Assembly (NCBI GenBank): GCA_000165425.1
Contig: CT868001.1
Location: 124,001 to 188,000 of the forward strand
From: Paramecium tetraurelia
Lineage: Eukaryota
Direction of reading: 5' to 3'
Length of the DNA stretch: 64,000 nt
Shown here: one piece after another, positions 53,525 through 64,000 of the stretch
Layout: every line of letters starts with the position of its first letter
Numbering within the stretch: position 1 is the stretch's first letter
Program-made: the position numbers and the translations under genes
Notes under the pieces: model-generated
What the model was told of the DNA's origin: nothing
Databases searched by the model: none
What the model saw: the letters and a program-made list of their open reading frames with translations, nothing else

Positions 53525-55062
53525 ATGAATAATAATAAAGGAAGTTTTCTATGGTGCAATCTACAGCTATAAGATAACGAAAATGCTTACGGCTTAGGAA
53601 ATTAAATATTATACACAGGAATGAAGCCTCCCATGATAGGGGGTGTTGAAGAAATACCTAAAGAGAATATATAACAAAATAGATCGTGCGATTTGAATGA
53701 CTTTTTTAAACAATACATTTGCTTGTTTACCAATATCGTTGGATACTAGAGACTATTGGGTAATGGCTAATTGGAGAATTAATTGTTGCATGCAGTATCT
53801 TTATAGATTAAAGAAGATTGTTCAAAAAGGAAATAATTAAATAGTCTTTCAACTTAATCGAGGAGAAGTTATCCAAGAATAATAATAGAACCAAGCAAAA
53901 ACAAAGAACAAATAAAAATAAGAGTCCTCATCTGATCTTTTTGCAGCACTCATTCAATAAGTGAAAAGGGAATATAAAGAAGTAAATAATGTTGATAATC
54001 TCCTAGTAAATAGGCAATTTGGGGAAGATATTGCAATTTAAGCATCCTCCTATAATTGATTTAAACTTTGTACTTGCTTAAGGAACAGATGAAAATGAAG
54101 TCATCCAACCGTATATTAATTCTGAATTAATGGAAGACGAATTTGAATTTGTTTCATATCATTTAAGTGACGCAAATCCTATTTCGATTATAAATTCACA
54201 CATTCAACAATTAATAAAAGCTATATCATCAAATTAAGTAATAAATATTTATGAGGTTAGAAATAAGTATTATACTTCAATGATAAAACTGCTTTTCCAA
54301 TAAATAAATACGACGATGTTTAGAAGATCTAATTGTTTAAATCTGATTTCAAAAATAATAGAAGATTAATTGTGTATAAGAATAAGATCAATAATCTAAT
54401 TGATACCGAAAACAACAAAATATTGAATGTTCATCATTACCTCAGTCCAAAAGCATGTAAATATGTTGTATAAATTGATAGTGGACAATGGAAAAAGATA
54501 CTTTGTTAGAGGAGATTATGTGTTTCATCATTATATGCAAGATGGATTCGATGACAAAGGTTGGGGATGTGCTTACAGATCATTTTAAAGCGTGTTATCT
54601 TGGTTGATGGAGAATGGCTATACAAGCAAGAAAGAGATACCTAATCACAAAAGGATCTAATAAATCTTGGTAGAAATGGGAGATAAACCAATTAATTTTG
54701 TTGGAACATCAGAATGGATCGGAGCCTTTGAAGTCAGTATGTTAATTACACATCTTACTCATGTGGAATGCAAAATATTAAATGTATCCAAGGGAACTGA
54801 TGTAGTTTCTAAACTGCCTGAATTCAAAAGCTACTTTGAGAACTATGGTGCACCCATTATGTTTGGTGGTGGTCTCTATGCTTACACTTTGTTGGGAGTT
54901 GATTACAATGATGATGATTGTAGATTCTTGATATTGGATCCTCATTACACGGCTAATGATACCATCAAATCCGTTATTGAGAAATAGGGAGTGAGTTGGA
55001 GGAAGGCAGACATGTTTGAGGAAAAGCATTTTTATAACTTTTGCATGCCTCTAATATAATGA
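53525..55062 (+). CDS. UFSP2: Ufm1-specific protease 2 (peptidase C78)
   Basis: [53 protein letters not shown]; long N-terminal domain. Confidence 0.92.
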
Positions 55063-55078
55063 AAACAAATGAAATATA

Positions 55079-55965
55079 TCATTTTTAATTTAATTGTTGA
55101 ATTTGCATTTTTATGGCTCTTATTTATGCTAAAGTAGACTCAATTCTTTTTTCAAGATTCAAAGGTTGAGCCTTTGGAGATGACTATTTTGCTGGAGACC
55201 AAAAATTTTAGGATTTGTAAAACTGTTGAGCAGATTCAGCAAATCTGGGATTGTCATTCGATCTAAAATCACTTAAGGAGGAATCCTTAACAGTGGACTC
55301 TTCTGTATTCCCTTGATTTTATTTTTCTTTATTTCTATTCGAAGAACATATTGATTGATTGGACTTTTGATGACACTTGGTTAATGTAATATTTTTGCAA
55401 TCGGAAAAGTTCTAGATTTATTTCTTCTTTTCCAAATTCTGCACTTATTTCTAGTAATTACTAAATAGATTAAGATTATACTTATTTACTTCTAATAATT
55501 CCTAATTTTTTTTCATTAATTATTAGTTTAACACTTTTTCTATTTCATTGTTCCTAATCTATTTTTGCAATTTCGTGTTGGCTTCTTACAACATCTGAAC
55601 ATAATTCTCATTTTATTTTTGGAGTAAAGCTGTGTGCTCCATTGCTGACTAGAGATCCTTAGTGAGTTATGTTACTTTACTCTCTAATAGCTGGCTAATT
55701 GTAGTCAATAATTTACTTGGTTTTTGCAAATCTCATCCGATAACCGTTCTTAAATTTGTATCAGCCCTACATATGTATTATTATTATAATCTTCGCTTGT
55801 CTTCTCTCCTAATGATAATCTTGACAAAGTAATTGATTATTCATAAAGATTCTAACCAAGCTTGAACTTCTCGTAATAGTCCCTTTATAAAAATTACGAG
55901 ATATTTTATGAAGCATGTTCCGAGTTATGAGGTGAGTGTTCTTCATTAACTTCACTTTGATTCAT
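55079..55965 (-). CDS. Hypothetical coiled-coil protein
   Basis: Open frame with micro-introns; ends NLEKRIESTLAQIRAIKMQIQQLNQK*. Confidence 0.7.
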
Positions 55966-56540
55966 AATAAATAGATAAATAAAATATAATTACTTTTTAT
56001 TTTTATTCAATATTGATTGCCAACTAAAAATGCATTCTCGGGGCGGTCTGCTTAAAATAGAAACTAATAATAACTCTGAATAATAAATGATAAATAAATT
56101 CACTCTGAATCATTATTTGTGAATCGAAAATCAATTATCCTCCTTCATCACTTTTCGTAGATTGATCAATATATGTCATTACCTTTGAAGGTGAACCTAA
56201 TATTTGAAGAATTAAATTTGGATTATATTCAAGAATGTGAATATTTTATTTAATAATCATGTATATTTATATGTATTTCTAAAAATATATTGCCTAGAAT
56301 ATCGTTAAATGATAATTCGATTGTCCTTGAATGTAACGACTGCTTTGGTCTAATTCTTCAAAATAATCTAAAAGTCCTTTCATCAACATAAAAAAATGCA
56401 AATTTTGTTATATATATTAATATCATAAATAGGTTATTATGCAGAGACTTAAATTGTAAATAATTATGCATTTCACTTTTGATAATATTACATTGTCAAT
56501 TTTGAATGACAAAATTATTGAGCAATGTAAAAATGCTTAA

Positions 56541-56574
56541 AATCGCCCTAGCACTTTAATCGCCCTAGCACTTT
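56541..56574. repeat. Perfect 17-bp tandem duplication
   Basis: aatcgccctagcacttt x2. Confidence 0.9.
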
Positions 56575-56831
56575 TTATACACATTCCCTATCATTGAAGG
56601 TATATGACTTCCCAAAGACCTTTATAATCGATCCATCATTTCTCCATAATTGGATTCATAAAATCTCAATTGCAATACCAAAAAAGTGAAATAATTTTAA
56701 TTTTTAATAATGAAAGAATATTTAGAAAAATGATATTATTTATAGGTGTTGATGAAAGCATTGTCACTTCACTAGTGATCGCACTTTATTTCAACCCCTT
56801 TTTCTGAGCATCTCAGAAACAAGGGGGCAAC

Positions 56832-57502
56832 TCAAAGGTTTGGCAAACGTAGTGCTAGTGCTAATGGTATTTCGAATGCATTCATTAATAGTTAGTTGTT
56901 GTTGATTTCATTATTATTATTTAATTAGAAACAATTGTCATTATTGTTGACATTGCATGCACTCTCGTTTAGGAGCATTAAATCTAAAGCAAAAGATATT
57001 CAAAAATTTTACCTTAACCATCTATCACGTAGCCAAGGGGAATGACATCATGCTCCTAAACTTGAATACAGTGGTCTCCTTGCCATTCCCCTTATTATAC
57101 CTACATTTCTTCTGAAATGCACTTATCTTTACACTCCTTTTATTTAAATTCAATAAAGTCTGTTTTTTATTGTTTTTAGAGGAGTTACTCAATTATTTGC
57201 TACTTTCTTTTTCTTTCTTGTTGTTTTTTCATAATCTTATAGGATCCTCTTCGGAATTGGCTGAATTTATTAGTCCTTCTAAAACGTGAATCACATATGT
57301 TTTCTTACTTCTTGTCAATGAAGACTTCCTCCTAGGGATTAATAGAGTAAGCACATAATTCCTCAAATAATTGAGAAAAATATTGCTTTTGTTCTTCTAT
57401 CTCTAAATTTTCTAATTCTTAATCATCATCAATATTGGAGCAATTGGGGAATATTGTCAAAGGTGGTTGGGATTAAACATCTGAATTTTAATTATTTTCC
57501 AT
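56832..57502 (-). CDS. Hypothetical protein
   Basis: MENNQNSDVQSQPPLTIF...; one intron of about 29 nt; frame open to CTT TGA at 56832. Confidence 0.65.
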
Positions 57503-57555
57503 TTTTAGTGAATCAAGATGGATTAGTTTATTTTTTATTTTAATTAATAACATAC

Positions 57556-59813
57556 TCAAGAATTAATAAACTTAATATATTCATAATCAAACTCAGTGTT
57601 TTATAAGATTTTATCATCTATCAAAATCCTTGGCAATTGGAAGGATACAATAGTTCTTTAATTCACACACTAGATCATTATCTGCTTTTTCCCACCACTC
57701 AATTAATACAATAACCGTTATGCTGCTGCCAACCCTAACTTACATTCTTACAGCCGTATTTGATTGAGTTAAAATTGAGTCAGTCCGCAGCCATAATCTG
57801 TGATTGTGAAGTGAATTTCTTCGTAATAATTCCACACAGTTATTTCAACCTCGTTTGGCTACTGTAAATACTATTCATATTAGTATGCCTGGATTGAATT
57901 GTTAATTAAATTGATCAATAACTATTTAAATCTTCTAAATAAATTAAAATTAAATATAACCTTGCATCTGTGATGATATTTTTGTCATATAGATTATTAT
58001 CAATCAGCATTAATTTTACACCATATTTCATAAGAGTTTGATTATGGTGAAATTAATCAAAAAGTAAGTGAATGCTTTAACATATATCAATCTTTTTCAT
58101 ATCAAACAAGATTTTTTCTGTCTATGAAAACACCTCAAAAAAATTGAAGTTATCCTATTCAACCTAAAAGAATTCAAATTACAATTTCGATAAGAATAAC
58201 TATAATTGACTTTGTCTCTTAAGCTAAACCTTCTCAGAAATATCAGATTATCCCTCTTCACTATTTCTGTTTGAGCACAATGAATAAGTTCTTCTTCGAG
58301 CTGACGTACCCAATCGACTTAAGTAATCAGTCTCAAGTAAACTAGATGGACTCTTGATTTCACGAATCCATTTATGAATTTCAGTTATCTTGCAAGCTTA
58401 ATTTTATATAAATTTTGTAGACACATCCAACAATTCAAGATTTTTCACGTTCTACTTAATTGATTATACTAGTTTATCTATGTCTCTCATCAAAAATACA
58501 ATGGCCAAACCGTCAGAGTCCTAAATTACTATACATTTATACCTCCTCAAAGATGTAGAATTTGATTTACAAATCATACATGCTTTTATTGGTTTTTATT
58601 CTTCCAAAAAGATTCATTTTACTATTTTTCAGATTCATCGCTTCTGAAGAGCTCTACTAATATGGGATAGAGGACAATCCCATTATGGATTTCTCCATTA
58701 TCAGATCCATCAACAAGGATTTCTGATTGGAGAGATTACTTAACTGGAGGGGATCTGCTGCATCTAATTGTTTCAAGGATTTCTTGGATTGAAGTTACTC
58801 TATTATTTTATACTATTCTAGATGGTATTGGAGCCAATCATAAAGACTTTGTTGTTTTTTGAATTCAGGACTTTGGATATCAAATTAAGTCCAATGAATG
58901 TCATTGAAAACCTTCATTTCTGATAGGAAATCTACAAATGTGATATTATTATCTTAAAGGAATTTACTAAACGAATAATTGCTTACGGAGTTTTATAGTA
59001 GAGAATTATTTTAATAAGCGTTAAATGAAAATTTAATTATGTAATCATCGCATTAGAATACGAAATTGCCCCAAAGAGATGATTTTGTAGAGTTTGATGC
59101 ATTCTGTTATTTTTATTTAGATTCAGGTATCTCGTCATCCTCAGCAATGGAATCAAGAGGACAAGCTCTTGAATGCTTGATGAAGAGTTATTCGTCATTT
59201 AAAGGTCTGGCTGAAGATTTTTAAATTTATTGAAATGATAGTTCATTAAAGAGTCTGTTTGATTTATTTTCTTTGGCTTAAATTTCTACTTCATTCAACA
59301 TTTATTTATAAAAGATTTCATTCATTCCCACCAAGATACATAAAATTATTAGTATGAACATAATCCCAAGTTTAATATCATTCGTAATAGATAAACAAGT
59401 AACTAAAAGTACGATTTGCACAAAGATCTTGCCTTTGTAGATGATGGGATTCTCGTTTTATATGCTAAGTGTGTTGTTGTATTGGCCATTCACAAAGCCC
59501 AGAGTATAAAAAAGAAAGGAGTTCGATTCTTAATTTAAATTACTAGCACTATTAATTCTTGCAAGAGTTAATAGCCAAAGGAATATAGGAGAGATATCTT
59601 AATAAATAAGATTTGCATACCTATTTTCCAAGAGATTTGCTAAAACGAATATAGCACTCTAAAAGCAATTGAAATAACAATGATGATTATGGAAAGAATT
59701 TGAATTACATTTAAATCAGCCTGAAGTTCAATTTCCAATCCCAAAAAAAAGAGAGAGATGAAATAATTTAAGGAATATTTCAATTCTTTCTTCCATAAGT
59801 TTTTTCTACGCAT
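57556..59813 (-). CDS. Membrane-bound histidine-kinase-like protein (HATPase_c domain), H-box not recognisable
   Basis: Several N-terminal TMs; N-box ITDARRFKQLLINLINNSI, G1 FTITDYGCGL, G2 remnant KLGLAAAQRL. Confidence 0.75.
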
Positions 59814-59965
59814 GGTATATTATAATTATGAATAAATCAAAAATTGATAATTAATTTTACAATTATCAATTGGTGTGTTTTTACCTCAAGATTGGATACC
59901 TAAGAAAACCAACATAAGAAATGATATTTATATTCTTTATATATTTTTATGATAATCCTTCATCA

Positions 59966-62900
59966 TCATCCTACAACCATAGCCATAAACATTAGAACTA
60001 TGCTGATCTTCTAAGCTGAGACATCTGTATTATTAGTATCATTATCGGTGTCGTTGGGGGGGGCAGGTTTCTCATAACAACTAACACATCTGGCCTTAGC
60101 AGTATCCCATGTATATGCGTAATTTGAATTAATTAGACAAGTATCCTACATTAAAATGGATGGATCGACTGATGTACATAATCCATTCTATATCATGCAA
60201 GTTTTAGTTGCTTCTGAATTAAATATTTAGATAAATTTGCAAGAATTTGTCTGCTAATAGACACTTTAGCAATCTTAGGGAACACACTTAGAAGTACCAT
60301 TTTAAGTGATATAGCTACATCCTCTAAGTGATAAACACTTTGCCTACTCAGTTATAACTTAGCATCCGGTAACATCTGAACACTGATTATTAGCCCAATA
60401 ACAAGTTTTAGAACTTAATGTTCCTGAATTACAGGCAGTCTAATCTTGATATGAACTACAAGAGTTTTACTTAGTGATACAACTTTATTTGGTTGCATCA
60501 TAAACACATGTAGAAATTGTAGCACAAAAGAACGTGGACGCTGGAAGTATGTCAATACAAGATTTAACTCTGCAATAAGATCCAGAAGTTTTAGTCACAT
60601 CTGTCCAATAACAAGGATTATTTATTCCTTAAATTTTCGCATAACCATTGTTGCATTAAGGACTGGTATTGTATGACTCGCAGGTTTAAATGGTCATACA
60701 TTTTGTACCATCAGAAGTACAAGAACTCATTTTAGAATTACAGTATTAATGATTGGATCCACTAATATCTGAACAGGCTTGATTCCTACAAGATCCATCC
60801 CAGACACAAATATTAGTAGTAGTTGATGAATTAGTAGCCGTTGTGATGTAACACGATGATCTATCTGTATATTCTTAACAAGTATTCTTCACATCCATGC
60901 ATTAAGTTCCATTAGTAGTGCAATATGAGCTTACTCCTTAGCACTCTGAATGAGTTTTATAAAAAGCATCGCTGCATGATTTGAATATCATGCATGTTTT
61001 AGTAGTAGAAGTGGTATCTTTAAATGCTAACATGCATTATCCATCAGAGCCTTTATTACAATTTGTAGAATTTAGATTTTCACATTTTTTAATAGGTGTA
61101 CAGGATGAGCCATTAGATGTACATTTTGATAATACACTTTTGCATTCTGAATCCTTTGTCAAAGGGATATCTTCACATTTCAAATATTGAATGCATTATC
61201 CTTAAGTATTGTTTACATTTTATAAAGCTTTAACCCATAGACATGGTAGACCATCAGAAGTTTCAACACAACTTCCCTCAATCAAATATTCAGCACAGGT
61301 GGCTGCCATATTGACACATTTTCCAGTTTTGGAAGTAGTGCATTATTTATTTTGCTTTTTGCATTTGAAATGATCTGTGCCTGTTAAATCTGTACAGTCA
61401 TTACTCCTGCAGCCTTTATCTTTCTCCCAAACGCATACTTTACCATCTTTAGAAACAGTGCAGCTTGTTTCTGACTCAAAAGAATTGCAATCCTAAATTT
61501 ATTTGCAACCTCCTTATTTTTTAAGAGTGCATTGAGAATTGTACGATTTACATTATAATTCACTGACGTAATCTGTTGAAGATGCTAATTCACAAATGCT
61601 TATTTCACAGTAAGCATCACTTGTTGCAGTAGGTGGATTCCAAACGCATTGTTATCCTAAATTATTGACTCTACAAGCATCTTGTGTTCTTGCATCTTCG
61701 CAGGTTGTCCTTAAAACACATCTAGTTCCATCTGTGGTACATTATCCTCCCAAGCCTGCTTATTTACATGCTATATCAGTCACAAAGGAATACTACTCAC
61801 AATCAATTGTGACACATCTTTAGTTTCCACTATTCTCACAAGTATCCAAATATTTGGAGCACTCTCCATCCAAATCTTCTGGTGTATTACTGCATTCCCT
61901 TGTTACACATTAGGCACCATTCCAATAGCATACATTACCATATACACTCTTAGTACATTAAGATTTTACTTGGTAATCTTCACATTTTGGAGTCAAATCC
62001 ATACAACCAGCCAAGGTTGAACTGAGGGTGCAATTAGGTGCAAAATCACTGCAACGTTCATGAGTGGTAAATGTTTATGGTGCTTTACTGCACAATCTCG
62101 TATAACAAGCTGAATTAATACTATCCCATTTACATTCCTAACCTGTTGAACTGTATCTGCATTAATCTTCGATTTTATACTCTTCACAATCAGCTCTATT
62201 TTTGCATCCATAAGCCGAAAGGACTCCTGGTGCTATTTCAGTGACACCCACAGTACATTTGTCTTAAACTTAGGTGTATTTATTTAACGGAAGTTCTGAA
62301 CAAGCCTTATGTGTTTAATATTTATTTGGATCAGCTGATTCGCATGAAAGGGTTTCACAGAATTCATTTTCAGGGTTATCGGTGTTCCAATGGCAATATA
62401 AACCAGATGAATCAATAACACACTGCTCTTTGTGATGGTAATCCTTGCATGCTTATAAATTCATGCATCCACTTGGATATGATATTGATTAATCATTAGG
62501 ATCTACAACAAAATTGACAGTGCATCTTTCAAATTTATTTTATTTTTTGGGATCCTAAATATTGTTTAACTCATAACATTCGTCGTGAGAATCATATTTT
62601 TCAGTTTTTTCTATCGTTTTGCATTCAAAAAGAGCACATTTTTTCAAAGTTGGATTCCAGAAGCAGAGTCGATTTTAATTATCAACAACGCATTGTAACT
62701 CTGATACGTAAGAATCACAAGAGTTTCTAGATATACAGCCTCCCGCTTAAGCTACAGTGCATGTTGACATATATGATTCACATTAGGCATCGCTTGTTAA
62801 AGTATCATCAGAAGAGTAGCAAGTTTTCTTTATGCAGATATTTTATTTCACATCCAACATACATGGCCCTTCGATAAGTGATCTTAAACATTAGTTGGAA

Positions 62901-64000
62901 GGATAATTTAAACAATTGCTCTTCATTTCTACACATCCATTGTTTGAAGCATTCACAGTGCATGCATTCTTCCATTTTACACATGTTTCATGTGTAAATG
63001 GTCCAACTGCATTCTAACAAGTTTTGAGAGTACAACCTGAAGTTCCTTAATTTGTACATGCCTCATTGATTTTACTGCACTTGTCAAAAGTATAAACTGT
63101 ATCTTTTCCAAGAAAAATCTATTCACAGGTCACTCCTTTAGAGGATTAACATTTAGCATCTGCATCATTTTAAGCAGACTGGATACATAATTCATTCTCA
63201 CTTCTATAGCAATCAGAAACTCTAGTCTCATATCCTCCACATTACTTTCTAGCCACACATTCAGTTCCTGCTCGATTAACACTACAAAAAGTGCTAAAGC
63301 CTTAGCAATCTTCATAGGTTAATCCTGTTCCTTTTTTGTATGAGCAATTCTTGTCTGCTTCTATTAAGGTTGTAATACCAACACACTCACTTGTAGTGCC
63401 AACTTACCAAATGCAATTACTCTATTCTGACTTTACACATAAGTTCTCCTCCTTGTAAGTACCACAACTAGTTTAAATTAAGATACATTTTGTCTTATCC
63501 TTGCTCACAGTACATGTTTCATCAAATTAATGACAAATTTGCTCTGTAAGGTTTACACCCGTCTTTTCATCACAAGATTTATTGACACACGGCACTTTAC
63601 CAACTCCACCTAGGGGATATTTGCAAAACTCTCTATTTTTCTTACAATCTGCATCATTTTCATTTGACCAATTGCTACAGGGTGTAAATTACTTATAGCA
63701 CGATAACCCATTTGTGGCACAAGAACGGTCTGTGCTAGCATTATAGCAATCCTGTACTGAATATTAAGGACAACGATCTTTTTCGGGAACACAACCAGTC
63801 AACGCATTGTTAACTGAGCAACTAAGTTTATTAGCTTTTAATTTTTAGCAATGGGTTAATGAAGATATCGGTGGTCCTCCAGTTTTTCCAGTTTAAGTGA
63901 TATAATCGTAACATGTTTTCAAAATACATCCTGTTTTACCATCATTAGCCTTGCAATAGAAAGCGACATCTTCACAAGTTTAAGTTGAATAATTTATCAA
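59966..64000 (-). CDS. Cys-rich Paramecium surface-antigen (PSA-repeat) family protein, 3' part; runs off window end
   Basis: More than 1300 codons with periodic cysteines and recurring CxW motifs (CYW, CVW, CLW, CFW, CIW), T/S/K-rich; hydrophobic C-terminal GPI-signal-like tail ISIVLMFMAMVVG*. Confidence 0.9.

Noticed and set aside
56780..57060. Alternative minus frame with three in-frame TGAs suggesting readthrough
   Set aside because: Recounting shows the frame continuous with ATG 57502 is a different, TGA-free one.
1..64000. Retained IESs, transposons, telomeric repeats, rRNA or CRISPR arrays
   Set aside because: Interruptions in intact genes are explained by GT/GC-AG micro-introns. I saw no transposase motifs, C4A2/C3A3 tracts or spacer-repeat arrays.

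Overview
AT-rich, gene-dense ciliate macronuclear-type DNA, most consistent with Paramecium (inferred from the sequence, not confirmed). TAA/TAG read as Gln, TGA is the only stop, introns are tiny (about 20-30 nt, GT..AG) and intergenic spacers are often only 15-100 bp. The supplied ORF track treats TAA/TAG as stops and is mostly antisense shadows or fragments, so I rebuilt gene models by hand; exon boundaries are approximate. The window holds about 30 protein genes. These include a SAPS-domain protein, kinesin-2, a centrin-like protein, a CTD-phosphatase-like protein, a RING protein, two Myb proteins, a twin-CX9C protein, an RNase H2A-like protein, a UCP-type carrier, TMEM43-like, RPB5, a TM-TPR-VWA receptor-like protein, NASP-like, a Sel1-repeat protein, two tandem PAS membrane proteins, UFSP2, a degenerate histidine kinase and a Cys-rich surface-antigen-type gene. 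There is also one tRNA-Trp(CCA) and several decaying pseudogenes. The most notable observations are: an intact RNase H2A paralogue that has lost its catalytic aspartates but kept the ribonucleotide-sensing motifs; the adjacent tRNA-Trp(CCA) with a 4-bp anticodon stem and a U11:A24 pair (both linked elsewhere to UGA decoding); a neighbouring frame with several in-frame TGAs; and a GC-AG micro-intron. No mobile element, retained IES, rRNA or CRISPR is supported.
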